A stretch of 64,000 nucleotides of DNA from contig NC_087263.1 in the NCBI RefSeq assembly GCF_037042905.1, forward strand, positions 11,348,001 to 11,412,000, in the 5' to 3' direction. Every line of letters begins with the position of its first letter. Position 1 is the first letter of the stretch. Shown here piece after piece: positions 13,550 through 27,800 of this stretch. Below the pieces are notes generated by a model that worked only from the letters and a program-made list of their open reading frames with translations, searched no databases and was not told the DNA's origin. A program made the position numbers and the translations under genes. The DNA is from Lytechinus pictus. Its lineage: Eukaryota.

Positions 13550-14830
13550 TCACTTTTGTCATCCAATGAATCGTTGCCAGCTAGTTTGGATATTATTTGG
13601 ATTTAATACAGGAGTATATGGTTTGGGGGATTAACAAGAACTGACTCTTTAAGATATGTAAGACAATTTATCATTTTGTGCTCTAACTCTTGTAAATGAA
13701 GAGAGGAAAAATAATCTAAATTATTTCGATTATTTGTTTGATATTTGTTTGATGTCGTAACAAAATTGAATAAACAATCACGTGTGATTCCTGGTGAAAA
13801 AAAAATCAAATAGTTTTCAGCGTTACTGGGGCAAACAAGTTTTATAGGTTAAACTTTACGCCCACAACAAGGTATGTTACAAGTCTCTTTGTATCTCCAT
13901 GGCAAGTGATTATGAAACAGGTGGACCTGGTGTTATATTTAAGGTTAGACGGGGAAGGAATACCATTTAAAACAGTATGGACAAAAATATCTATCGACAT
14001 TATGTGCTGAATAGATAACATCCTCCACGTCCTCTTTAATTGGATTTCATGAAGACAAATTGCCATAGGACTTCAGGTGATGTGAGGTAATTAACTCTGA
14101 GAGTGAAGGATGGTCTCGAAGTGATTTCAAGACATGTTTCCATTTTGAAGTAGGTAGGCCTACCCTATTGACATGATGCCAATCCAGATGGTCGAGTTGA
14201 GCAACAATGTTTTCCGGGAATGTCTTACAAATATATTTAAACTGTGACATGTACAAATAGTTTTATCGGGCCAGACAATTCAACACGATATAAATAATGG
14301 TTCTAATCAGTCTTGACGCAAACTTTTAGAGACCACGAGGCGCATATTAAATATCAAGCAAATAAAACATTTCCCAAGTAGGATAACATTTGTGTATACA
14401 ACGTAACGACAAACATACATGTCTCCAGTAGTGTAATGAGAAGATTAAATGAATTACCTCTTCGGACATGATCCACCGATTAAAAGAACACTCTAATAAA
14501 GGAAGAGCTACAAAGAGCTAATATAGCTCTTAAAGAGCGTGTATAGTGATTGCACTTCGGAGTGCTGATTTTTCACGTTCAAATTTGGACTAGGCAAATG
14601 AGCACTCCGAAGTGCAGTCACTATACAGTCACGCCCTTTAAGAGCTAAATTATCTCTTCGTTTTTTAGAATGAAGAGATCCAACGCAGAAGAGTGATGGT
14701 GAGTATGTACAATTTATCCAGGTTATGAATCGCCTTGCTCCCTCTCCCATGATGAGTCTCTTGGCAATAAACCTGTATCGTACTTTACCTTCTACCCTAG
14801 GATGTATGTTAGCTTTTTTTATTCGGCAAC
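13550..14830 (-). mobile_element. Possible highly decayed LINE (APE endonuclease region)
   Basis: Minus-strand remnants resembling QETH and GD-x motifs, with many disruptions. Weak support. Confidence 0.25.
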
Positions 14831-14844
14831 TTTTATCCTGAGAA

Positions 14845-15010
14845 CACTGTAAAAAAATAAAGTGCTAATTTAGCAATTACAGTGATTGTATAGTGACTGC
14901 ACTACGAGTGCTGATTTTCTAGTTCAAATTTAAACTAGAAAATCAGCACTCGTAGTGCAGTCACTATACAATCACCGTAAGTGCTAAATTAGAACTTCAT
15001 TTTTACAGTG
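14845..15010. mobile_element. Palindromic CACTG-ended MITE (same family as 9677-9844)
   Basis: Near-identical sequence to 9677-9844. Confidence 0.85.
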
Positions 15011-15079
15011 AAATAGAGTCTCTTGCCGTATCAAATGCGGATGGAAAATCGATAATGTGTCTAAACGCCTCGAAATGAA

Positions 15080-15929
15080 ACCCTTGAAACCAGCTGAATC
15101 CATATCAAAGAGAAAAATCAAAGAAACATATTGTTGAAAGTTTCAGGAAGATTGAATGAATAATAAGAAAGTTATGAGCATTTGAATATTGAGATCACTA
15201 ATGCGATGTAGATCCTCCTATTGGCAATGCGACCAAGATCTGTGATGTCACACACGTACAACTCCCTCATTTATGAGAGGACAAGTACAGAGGTTTCACA
15301 ACATTATATCATTGATGAATCGTTTGTCATATGATTAGAATGAGCAAAAAGAGATGCTTTGGGGTATATTTTCAGTGTCCAAAAGGGGAGAGTTGTTCAT
15401 CTGTGACATCATATACCCCCTTCATAAACCTATCCTCCAATTAGCCGCCTAATAGTAATGCGGATAATTCAATAAAAATTGCGTTCACAAACTCCGAAAA
15501 TTATCCGCATTATTTTTACGAGCGCCCGTCCTGAAAAAGGCGGATAATCGTCATGACAACTGGACATGCCCCCCCTCCGATGCGGTTGTGTTGGAAAAGG
15601 GTGACCTTGTGACCGCAACATGGCAATTATCCGCATTATTTTGAAATACGTTCATAAACTCAAAATAATGCGGATAACTCTGGTCCTCCTCCGATTTTAC
15701 GACCAAATTATGCTGCTATTAGCCGCATAATTGGGTTTATGAAAGGGGTAATAGATCTTGGTCGCATTGCCAATGGGAGGATCTCCATAGCATTAGTGAT
15801 CTCGACATTCAAATGCTCATAACTCTTCTATTGCTAGTCCTATTTTACTCAAACTTTTGTTGATCTTATTCTTTGATTTTTCTGCTTTCACAAAAGCTAA
15901 CTTGCTCCAAGAGTTTCATTCTCCTTTAA
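15080..15929. mobile_element. TTAA-associated (Kolobok-like) MITE containing a nested palindromic MITE at 15414-15750
   Basis: Long inverted arms (gagatcactaatgc...gcattagtgatctc) ending ctcctTTAA. The nested element TACCCCCTTCATAAACC...GGTTTATGAAAGGGGTA has an ATA duplication. Confidence 0.7.
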
Positions 15930-16029
15930 AACCCTTCCCGTTCGTGATGAATCCGTTTCCTTTGTAATATATGAACCCCATTGTCACTCTTTTAATTTTC
16001 CACAATATATGATGTTCTATCCCCCACCT

Positions 16030-17098
16030 TCCCAGAAAGTGGCTTCTTTCATCCAAGTGATATTCATGACTTGAGATGTTTTGCATATTTAATGAGCTTG
16101 ATGCGTACCAAAACACCTCTTTTCATTCGGTCATTGCTGCTCTAATTGTGCATCGAATTTCATAAATTTGGTATCATTGTAAAGAGGAAGAATCATTCTT
16201 TCAGCTCATGTGTTTAGATTTGTTCAAAGATTTTGTAATATAGGTTAAAATTTTGATCTAAAATATGCTACAAAATAATTATTTTCACCTGACAAAAGCT
16301 GCTATTTTCACACTTTATTTTTGTTTGAGCCCAAATGATTTTTAGATCATGATAAAGCTGAATATGTATGCTTTAAAATGATATAGGTTTCAAAATAAGA
16401 ATTGGTTTAATCGGGTCAAGATCACACTTTTCATTTGCCAAGTACATAAAACAGCTTGAAAACAAGAATACTGCACTCTGATTGGTCAAACAGACCACAC
16501 ACAGGCAAATTCCAACGGTTCTAGAGCCTGGGCTCATGGGAAGGTCACACTTCCCATGTGGTAATCTCCTCAAATACCCCGCGCCTGTTGTTCTGTGAAC
16601 CTTATCCAGCCAATCAGAACTCTGGATTTCATGCAAGTACAACATTTCAGAAATCTCGTCTTGTACCTTGGTGGGAAAAGTGTGATCTTGACCCGATTAA
16701 AAGGTGCCGCATATCAAGAGTGGCATTGTGAGAAAGTACAGAAGTTCAGCTTTATGTTGATATAGATATCATTGAGGCTCAAAATAAAAAGTTTTGCACA
16801 ATTTGCAAAAGAAAACAGAGGAAGAAAATTCAGTTTTGAGGCACATTTTCAGGCCAGAAATTTACTTATTTAACAAAATATTGTATACAAAAGAAATGAC
16901 CAATATCAAAGAGTAACCTTTACTCTATCTGATGGTGCAATAATATTTCATTTAACTTGAGATTAAAACAGGTAAATTCTTAGATAAAGAAAATCTCACG
17001 AATCACGAGATTTTGCAAGGAGGAGGATTCAGCTACGAGATGATTTGGATGAATCTGGCCTTTTTGCTCATTAGCATAGGGACCTGCGGTCTGACTGT
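16030..17098 (+). mobile_element. Non-autonomous DNA transposon; more decayed copy of the family at 50620-51919
   Basis: Colinear similarity along its length, ending ...gcggtctgactg; lacks the nested hairpin found in the other copy. Confidence 0.8.
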
Positions 17099-17405
17099 TC
17101 CACTGCACCTTTTCCTGTCTCTTTCTCTCTCTCGCTCTTTCCTCATGTAGACTTCTACACACATAACCGCAAACTCCAACACACAGCCCTTCTTTCACAT
17201 ATACACAAACTCACACAACCCATCCCCTCATACTGCCCCTTTCACTTTTTTATAGTATCCCTCGTAATACGTGCGCAGGCACCTTCCCCATATTATAATA
17301 CATATTGTAATTGCAAACTCCTACGTCCGAATCCACGACCCCTAGCCCATACCCGTAAAACACACTCTGCCCCCCCCCCCCCCGCTCCCTTTAATCTTCC
17401 TCTTC

Positions 17406-17879
17406 TTAAAGGAGAAGTTACTGGCTTTAAAAAAAGAAATAGCAGAAAATAATTAACATTGGAGGAAAATACACCGACAATTAAAGTTATTAGAAGTTTC
17501 TTTTTTTTTATTGTAACTTCAGATGCGAATGCTTTTCATTTTTTGTGAATTACAAAAATTACAAAAAGATGTCTTAAATAAGAGGAATTATTTTTGTTGT
17601 ACCTTCGGTATATAAACAGATCGTTTGTCAACCGCTCATGAAAGAAAAACATATTTTGGCCATCATGAACCATTCAACATGTTCAAAGTTTAAATATATT
17701 CATTTAATATGATATAATTATTATATGAGGCAGCTGCTTGTTTGTGCATGACGCGACAATTCAAAAACTTGAAATTCTAATAACTTGTTTAAATCTTTGA
17801 ATTTCTCTCAAGCCTTTACCAGTATTGTTACTATTTTTAACAAGTTGACAAACCACTCGTCAGGTAAACTTCCCCTTTA
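17406..17879. mobile_element. TTAA/AGG-ended (Kolobok-like) MITE, decayed
   Basis: ttaaaggagaagtt ... aaacttccccttta ends; related fragments at ~24100-24418, ~25919-26650 and ~56065-56450. Confidence 0.5.
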
Positions 17880-20469
17880 TGCATTCATCTACCCTGACAC
17901 AAAATCGCAAATAACAAGATGGCCATCTGCGCCTATCGCACACACACTCAGTACCCCCACCCGCTTTTCTCCCTTTACACACATCCTCTCTCTCTCCATC
18001 CCTTACGAACATACCATCTAACTACTTTCCTATTTTCTAGATCAAAAATCCCAAAAATGAGATAAATCCATTTTTACTGCTAAGAAACAAATATATATAT
18101 ATATATACACGAATAAACGCGTGTATAATAGATGATAACAGATTTGCCTTAAGACTGTGTTTATGTTAAGAATTCTATTTTCGAAATAGATTTAACCCAA
18201 GTAGAAATGTGTCTTTTTCCACTGCATCATGTTGCTATTCTCTCTCTCTTATTCCCTCATTACCTGCCGGTATTTTCATTTCAATGCCGGTAAATTACAA
18301 CTATCCCCTCGACACCCTGACGATACTGATTGCCAACAGACAGCAATTACAACTTTAAAAAGCGCATTTAAGCCTGCCTAAACCATGGCTATATAAAGAA
18401 CGATAACGTCAATTAAGCCTTTATTGAAGTTTTACCTGGCATTCCAATTAGAAAAGTGTACTAATGCTGAAATAATTTTCCATCTGTTCCTTTGACGATT
18501 TCGAGCGCCCTCACTGACACCATCTTTGTTTTTTGTTTTTTATTATAAAAAGAAGAAAGAAAGAACCCGGCGCACACAATACGATGCGATTTTCGATCAA
18601 CCCACAATTTGTATAAAATTTGAAAGGTTCCAAGAAGTAAATTCACTCGATATGAGATTCAGCCTGATGCCAGGAGTACTAAAATCAGAATTCTGATTTG
18701 CTGCAAGCCTTGTGGTTGGAGCAAAGTCCGCATTGGCTTTAAATCACAGCCGATGATGTCATTCCGATTTGGAATTGAATTTGCTTTTATTCCTACGAGC
18801 GGGCTCGAAATATACTAGTACTGGATTTTCGAGTTTTTATTTATCCCACTATTAGGAAATGTAATTGTTCCGATATTATAGGTTAAATTTTTTAAATCAA
18901 ATGCTATCAAAGTTTCTTTGAAAATTAGATCGCAATGAATCGTATAGTGTGCGTTGAGCTTTACAAGTTTAGTGATTGCACATCAGGATGCTGAACACAT
19001 AAAATATCATATGTGAATAAACGCCTTGCCAATGAACGCAAGTGCTGAGGTGGTTTTTGAACCCCGAACCATGCGGTTCAAGGACAGGTGACTTATCCAA
19101 TGAGCCATAACACCTCTACAAACTAAAATAACTACGAACACTCTGTGGGAGGTTTACCAGAACATATTTGAAATGGGTCTTACTAAGGCATCCTCTTGAA
19201 CAGCATTGAAAATAACGAATTCCCTCAAATATATCTTCATTTAGTTCATCAACGACTCTTTATGATGATTTTATTTATTTTTCGTTCAATAGGCATCAGA
19301 AATCTGTACGTTATTACATTAACTTACTAAGAACCAATTTTAACTAATATACGGCATAAAATAATGAGCCAAAGCTGTATAGATAAAATAATGAGCTAAA
19401 GCTGTATAGATTTTTGATAAAGGGTTCTGAGTGTGAATTATAGTAGAATATCATGTAATATCATAATATTGCAAAATGGTATAGTCACTATAGTGCCCAT
19501 TGAATAGTTTTGTAACCAATTAAAATTTATCATGACATTTAGCATTGAAATACTTTTTTTTGTTGAAAATAGCCATTGTTTGAGCATTTACTTTGTATAT
19601 TGAGTAATTGGAAATCGGAAGGCTACTGTCAAAGAGTTTAAACTAAAAATATCAGTCAACTCCATGCTAGAGAAGGAGTTATATATATATATATATATAT
19701 ATAAATACAAGATTTTTTTGGAAAAAAAATACGCAGATACTTTTTTTGATCAGGCACTAATCGAATTAAAGTTAATGTAAAATCGGAGCATTAATCCAAT
19801 AAAACACATTTTACTTTACACCCTTCACACCATAAGTAATCATGTAATAAGGGTGGAAAACTCGCATACAATTTACCCGAAAGATAGGCTTTTAAACGGT
19901 ATGATATAGAATTACTTTACACACAAAATATACATTACGATTCAACATGTTCAATGGCAATTAACCAGACCTAGGCTGAAACCTTCGCAAAATAATTAGT
20001 TTAATATCTGCAATTTCAAAGCCATGAATAAATAAATTATACTACATGTAACCTGCCTTAGCGTTATGATTTATTCACAATCACAGTAGTTCTAACGTAT
20101 AGCATATGCTTACTAGTTCAATATTTGGTACACTAAACTATCGCCATCTCCGAAAAAAAGTGAAATACATACAAAGAGTTTAATGCATCCGGAAGCACTT
20201 TGGTTAGATACATTCAAAATACGAAAGAATATTATCATTATTAAACACACTCTCAAAACAAAAACACAATATAAGAGGTTGAATGGTAATTCAAGCCTTC
20301 TAAAATTTTAGAAAAGTTTCAGAAATGCGAATTAGACTCGAGTATTATCTACACTGTAGATAACAAAGGTGTTGTCGTCATTGAATATTCTTTTTAGCAG
20401 ATAAATTTGGCAGTTTCGTCCTCTTTTTTATTGCTTTGTTATCAAAATTTATCATTTTATTAAGACACA

Positions 20470-20825
20470 AGTGTACATCTAGTTACCAACGAATGTGTAA
20501 AGCATTTTGATTTATTTGAATGCAAGATAAAAGAGCATTGTCTATTAAATGCCTTGTTAACGGGAATAGAAGCCGTGGGACTTTCCATGTATAGTCAGGC
20601 GTCGTAGACCACTCGGCCATGACACCTCTCGGTTTTAATTTTTTATTGTTTTTTAACAAGTGCACACCTAGTTATCAATAATGCACTTCCATTTATTTGA
20701 AAGCAGGATAAAAGAGCAATGTAGATTAAATGCCTTGCTCACGGGCAAAGATGCCACGGCCGGGAATCGAACCCCGGACTTCACATGTATAGCCAGGCGC
20801 CTTAGACCACTCGGCCACGGCACCA
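20470..20825 (-). mobile_element. Two tandem short tRNA-derived SINE copies; third copy at ~49855-50030
   Basis: Minus strand carries an A box (GTGGCCGAGTGG) and a B box (GGTTCGATTCC) followed by a shared non-tRNA tail. Confidence 0.75.
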
Positions 20826-21887
20826 TGGACAAATTAAGTTTAAGCGTGGATGTGGCGTCTATCGCCCTCTCACGGCAATAATCTTATTTTTATTCAAAGT
20901 AGCCCTTTGAACAATTACTAGTAATTCGATATACGAAAGCTACAGAGAAAGGATAAATGCCGAAATTTTCACTCCATTCCTTGAGTAAGGGACTATATGC
21001 AAGACATACGCAGACAACTTAAATGTTGATGTCAAATCAGTAGATTTAAACATTACACATATTCTAACTTTTATCCCTCACACCATTTTCAGGTAATGCA
21101 TACCTTTAACATGTTTAAACGAAATGAATTTCACTACAGACACGCACATTGGGGTGACTCACTAAATCCAAACGTAGGCTTTAAAAGACGATGAAAGTTG
21201 AGACTGAAGAGTGATATTTTTTTATGAGATGAGACGAAGTCCTAATAATCACTATAAAACAGAGGGGTTTTTTGTTATTGAAGTTTTGTTAAATTGATTT
21301 TTTTTATATTGGATGTTTGATTAGATATCTAATAAACAGTGGAATACGAAGGTGTCGATCAGGGGAGGGATGGATAAGAAAAGGGGTGTCGGCGTTGGAG
21401 GAATGCAAGATCCGGGTCCCGTCTTACAAATAGTTACTATTGATCAAAACAACCTCAACTGTATGGAAATCCCTCAATTTCATATTTTTACTGGAAACTT
21501 GTACTATGTCCTTTATATAAAAAAGGAGAAGCACATTCATTTTTTAAGATACTCATGAATGTATGATATCAAGTATATTTAGAAAATATTTTGAACAAAC
21601 ATGCATTGTATACGTTGATGTTGCTGGCTTTCCATAGTTGTGGTTGATCGGATCAAGCGTAACTCTTTTTTGAGACGCGGTCATCTAGACCCATCAATCC
21701 GAGTAGTTTAACAGCCAGTCTGCATGAATGTTGACTGGTAGATAATCGTCGAATTTAAATGCAAAATTCAGAAATTGATTCTTTCTCGTGCAAACTTGCT
21801 TCATTTTCATTGTCAAAATCCGATCATCACATCCGAAACTTCAGTCATCATATTTTTTTTCAGCATAGCAACTGCATATCAAGAGTT

Positions 21888-24800
21888 TCAAAGCAATAAG
21901 GAGGCGATGGAGACAAGTAGAGAGGTGAGACACGCCCATAGATTGAATTGGGAGGAGCCCGAGTTCCTTTTTGGAGGGGGAATGTCCGTGTCGCTTTCGC
22001 CTGTAGTCCCTGCAGCACCTGCAAAAGGGGGGGGGGGGGTAGATGAAGAAATTAAATGATCGCTTTCAAATGATGTCATCTTCAACATTTTATCCTATCA
22101 AGTGGTTTTACATAATTGTCTTTTCCCCTGTTTTCTAATTTCTATTTTGATTTGCCAACCGCTGAGGAATAGAAATTATCTTGCGAGTAAATGGTAACAT
22201 GTTTTAATCCCCCCCATATTGCATTATTCTTATGCAAAACCAAATTGACATGATATACTACACTACCATGCGAACATAAAATTGGGAACAAAAGAAATCT
22301 GCCTCTCTTCATATTTTTTAAATATATTTTTTTAATGACCACTGTGGATATAGCCACTTTTGCTAACAAACTGGAATAAATCTATCCCCTTTTGTAAAAA
22401 GTGATTTTTCTTTGCCATTTGTATTTACTTTTTAATGTGTCAGAGCGACTGAATCTATACCTTGAGACCAAATAAAGAATCGAATTTGATTAAAAATTGA
22501 TCTAACTCATTTTGCAAATGAGCTGTTCAGAAGAGTTTGTTTGCAAAACGGATTAGATCCACTTTAGACCGTTCCAAGAAAATATTATTTCCATTCTCCA
22601 ATATTGCAATATTCTTAAATATTTTTTTTTTCATTACCATTGTGGATCTAGCCCCTTTTGTAAACAAACTGACGTGGATCTAACCCCTTAAAAAAAAAGT
22701 AATTGTTCATTTCCCTATTCATTTTCTTCACTTTTAAATAGGAATTTCAATTTTTCTTTGGTATCATTTATAGAGCTACTAAAAATATATACATTGGTAC
22801 TAAAAAAAAATCGAATTTGATGAAAAGTGGATCTAACCCTCTTTTGCAAATGAGTTCTTCATATATATATTCATACATGCATATTGTTTTTCAACATTAA
22901 TATAAAAGAACCATAAAGATTCTCATTCCAGACTGAGCTCTATACTTTATATGTATTATTTAAGGGAATACAATTTTGGGTAAAAACGGTCTTACCACTG
23001 GTAAAATTTGCCGAAGCAAGGACGTCTCGCGATACGCCATCGACCAACGTGACAGTAATCAATGTATCTGGCATTAAGATCGTAATCCCAACTTCAGTTT
23101 CAAATATACCTCCAAGGGTTTTCACGGCTTCATTCGGGGACATCACGAGGGAATAGTAAACAACCGAATAGTCCTTCCATTGGAGAAAGGCCGAGTCAGA
23201 TGTGACGTCACTGACCAGGATTTCACCGTCGGGTACCTCCTCTAAAAGAAAAAAAATATATAATGACGTTAAAATGAAAATAAGAAGGGTTTATTGGTTC
23301 GATGATTAAAAACATGACAAATCTGGGAGTGGGGAAAATATTATAGGAATTGATTAACGAGATTCAAATAAAGTTATATCATTAAAAGTAATAATTGATG
23401 ATCAACGAATTGAATTCTTAGACAACCTCTTTTGACGGACAGAGCAAAGGGCAGTTTTTTATTTATATTTTATCCGTCAAAAATAGTTCGAACGAAACAA
23501 CTCCTGCTGCTTTCTGGTCGAATTTTTGTCTCAACTATTATTAGATGCGTCAGCAGCGGAGTTACATCGCAATCTCATCAATGAAACAAATTCAAAACCA
23601 ATAAATTTTATTTCACTAATATAACGTAATAGTTTTGATTAGTCTAGGACTGATAGCCCACACAACTCATGCTGCTTTCTGGTCGAATTTTTCTCAACTA
23701 TTTATTTTGTTTTATTTTATTTTATTTTTTTTTTATTATACAATATTTCAATTTTTACCAATTTGACATTAAGGACCAACTTAAATTAAAATCATAGCCC
23801 ATGGAAGCGGGGTGCTGGAGGTGCTGCGTGTATTGTTATGAATAGCCAGCACCCCTGGGTATTCAGGAGGATGTGTAAGAGTGGGATAATGTAACGAAAA
23901 TTACCTTCATTTTGTAGTGAGGGGGCTTTTCAAGTTTCTCAAGACCAGTGTAATCTCTATCATTTTTTTTTTTGCTTTTCAAATTCCTCGGGACCAATTT
24001 GATCTCCATTTTGAATTGAAAACCTTTTTTGGGGGGAGGGGCTTTTCAAATTTCATCAACACCCCCAGTCGAAAAATCGTTCCCAGGACCCTGCATGGAA
24101 TGCTATAACAATTGTAATACCACATGTTCAGGGGGGAATAAAACTTAGTTTCACAGAAGAAAATTAGAATATTTCATATTTCATGTAATAGAATACAAAA
24201 GAAAATAGTGATTGAGTGATGTCATTAGCCCCGTCATTTGCATACCGACCAGGATGTGCAAATAACTTTTTTGTGAAATTAAGCAAAACTTAAACATGTC
24301 TTATTTTAAACTTTGTTATTTTACACCCGATTAGGATAACATTTTCAGTGTTATGCTTGTTGGATTTTTTTCTTTTTATTCAAACTCAACTTTTTGTTGG
24401 GGTGGACTTTTCCTTAAGGACTGCCATTTCTCATTTTCCTTCAGTCAATAATTTGTCTGAACCCCCTGCAGGGGCGTCGTGGTCTAGTGGTTATGACTCT
24501 CATCTTTCAATTTGAGGAACGTTGGTTCGATTCCTAGCTATGGCGTATTTTCCTTCAGCGATAGATTTACCCACATTGTGCTGCACTCAACCCAGGTGAG
24601 GTGAATGGGTACCAGGTAGGAAGAAATTCCTCGAATGGTTGAGTGCCTATATAGGTAGCCTAGCTAAAGCCGGGGTAATAATAATTGCAGGGCCCATGGG
24701 GAGAACAGTTTTCGGAACTGAAGTTGTTATACCCTGGGAAAATATGACGTTATTAATGTTATTATCATCATCTATATGTACAAGAGATATAGCTCACTGG

Positions 24801-27800
24801 TTTCGCCACTACTTCAGGTCATAATAGGAACTTGTTGTGCTTTCAACGGGCAAGCTCTCTACAGCGCATCGATTCCTTTGAAAATGCAATTAAAATCACA
24901 ATGGAGAGCTGAGAAGCTTTTGTCAAACGTTGATGGACTGGGACAGCAGATCATCCGAAGATTTGCACCGAACGAGCAATTGCAAATATGTCGTCCAGAG
25001 TCAGACAAAAGCCTCGCAGCTCCCAATTGTGATTTTAATTGCATTTTTAAAGGAATTGGTGCTTTGTAGAAAGTTTTCCCGTAACGAATGCGAAAAGTCG
25101 GGATTAGGACTGTTTTCGGGGTGAAGTTCCGTATGAAGTGGAGGGTTTTTTCTTCCAAGATTCATATTTCAGGAAATTATTTTTTGTGTTCGGTTGGTAC
25201 TTGGTAAGCACCTATTCTATTGTTGTTTCATCCAGATCGGGAGAGTAAACCAATCCCTTTCTCTTTCTAGGCTTCGATTTATCACATTTATTCGTTACGT
25301 ATGTTAGTGAGACTCGCCATTTTCACTAATAGCGCGAGTAGCTATTTCTCATAAAACACAAAGTTTGATAATTTGGTAAAGGGGAAGAGAAAGGAAGAAT
25401 GAAGTGGAGGGGAAAGAAAAACTAACGGAAGTTACGGAGGGAATCGAATGAAATATATTATTGTCCCAAATAGTACATGAAAGTGTCTAGTCTTTGTCCA
25501 GTTTTTCATTTCAAGTAACGGTATGACGATCAGCTATAACATATTGATAAACAATTCAAAAGCTAGCTTACCTGTGGAAAAATCTTTCATCATTCCACTG
25601 CCATTAACACCTGTATCCCATGGTGTTACTGCAACCGTGTACACTGTGTTCGGACGGAGCCCCATAAATGTGAACTGCGTTTCTGTGGTGTTGACGGGAT
25701 AACCATTCACACTAAGACCAGAGGACGGGGCTATATTGACCGTGTAGTGACTCCATGATGTACCTGCATCGTTGACCCAAAATACCGAGATAGTTGTAGG
25801 GGTTGTGCTTTGTTTTAATAGCACTTTTACCCCTTGTCCAAACTGAGTTGACAAGAAATTGAGAGATGAAAGAAAGTACATATGAGATAAAGGCAATAAA
25901 CATCCCGCAAGATTTAACCTTAAAAGGGAAGCTCAACATGGAGAAAGTTTGTCATAAAAATAGAAAATAGCAGAAAAAAAATTATGGCGAAGGTTTGAGG
26001 GAAATCCATCAAAGATTAAGAAATGTATTAGAATTTGAAATTCTTGATATGTGACGTCATTTCCGAGTAGCTGGCCCGTATCTTATGAAATGCATACATT
26101 TTATTTTGTAATGGTTCGTGATGAATGAAATAAAATTTGCAGGAGCGGGTGTGAAATAATTTGTTCATATAATGAAGGTATTATAAAACCATTTAAAACT
26201 TTTTGAGAAAATGACAATTAAAGAGAGGAGGTTAGAAGTCAAGATTACTAGCTTAACTAGATGGCTCCTAGCTGACCAGGCTCCCTTTGGGGATGACAAC
26301 CCTAGCTTGCATCCGTACGTGCTGTGAAGAGGGAGACCTTGTTTCAGTCCCAGGAGCAAGTGGCTTCGGCACCTGGCTATATTTGGTGTGGTTTGACTGC
26401 ATGCCCATTCCATCTAATTACTATTGTCACATTTATGTGGCAGTCATGGATCATTTTTCATAATTTTATGATGGCAACATGAGGCCCAAAGAAGAATCTA
26501 TGTATAAAAAAAATATATATATATATGTATATATATATATTTCATTACACACATATTTCGGAAGCTGCTCGCATTTGACGTCACTAATAAAGAAAATCGA
26601 AATCAAATATAAATATTTTTTTTAATATACGATGGACTGTCCTCCAATAATCACCAATATAAATATTTATATATACATATATATATGTATATATAGTGTG
26701 ATGATAAGTTAACTTCTACCAATCGCTGTTGAGTTGTGAATATTAAACATAATGAGATGAGGCGAGGCCAACTCAACAGATGACGCAGGACACCATTATG
26801 GTGTCCTGCGTCATCTGTTGAGTTGGCCTCGCCTCATCTCATATATATATATATATTACGATAACCTACCCTGCAAGCAAAGTTTGGTGGTTTTAATAGG
26901 CTTTACTGAAACGATATGCTGTCTTTTTCATATAGCGCCATCTACTTTCATGGTGGATCCAATACAAAAAAAAACATATGAAATGGGTCCTTTATGAATA
27001 TATATAGGCCTATATGTATACTCCACGCCTGCATGAGAAAATGTGTAGACTATGAGTATATGCATTTTCGTTCCATTTTCATGTTTTATTTTGCGTTCGT
27101 TTTGCCTTGTTTTTGCAACTTGTAGTCTTTCTACTAACGTCACTTTTGGTTTTGTTATGAAAAAATAAAAATGATGAAAAAGGGAAAAAGATCAAAAAAA
27201 CCGAAAAACAAAATAATCAGAAAATGCATAAATATTCTTTTACAATGCAAACGCAGTTAAAATAGACACCAACCATACATCCAACCAACCTTGCCTTTTC
27301 CGCTAACAATCATGTATTACGCGCGTTATTAACTTTGTCAATTATGTACTTGCATACATTGAATTGTTACTAAGTTTGGCGGAGATATGGAATTTTTTAG
27401 GACCTACTAATAGGTGGATGGGGGACTAATCAATATGAATGTATTTACATAATAAATCGCCACCAAATGGTTTGTTGTCACATGGGCGTTCCTTTGCCGA
27501 AGTCCAACTAACGAAAGCGACTGGCGCGTATAATCTGGAGAAATTTAAGGGCGCCATCATTTTCAACTATTACTACTACTACAAACACGGCTACTATCAT
27601 TTTCCACACTGTTTCACCTGTTGAATATGAAATTGTAAAAGGAAAATAAAAAACACATCATTATAAATGTAAAAATAGCACCTTTCAAACTTTTTATCTA
27701 AGAGACGAAGTTGTTTGCTATCATAAGCTGGCTCTGCACATAGTCGCAGACGCCTTTATCCTTAATAGCAAAGCTAGCGCAAGATAGGAAAAAAAAGTGT

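Noticed and set aside
24471..24545. tRNA genes at SINE heads (also ~20750-20825, 42276, 46438, 46853, 57245-57319)
   Set aside because: A and B boxes are present, but I could not see a clean cloverleaf and each continues into a shared SINE body.
24776..25158. Mirror ORFs (IPLKMQLKSQ) on both strands, and similarly 51006-51379
   Set aside because: Artefacts of DNA palindromes.
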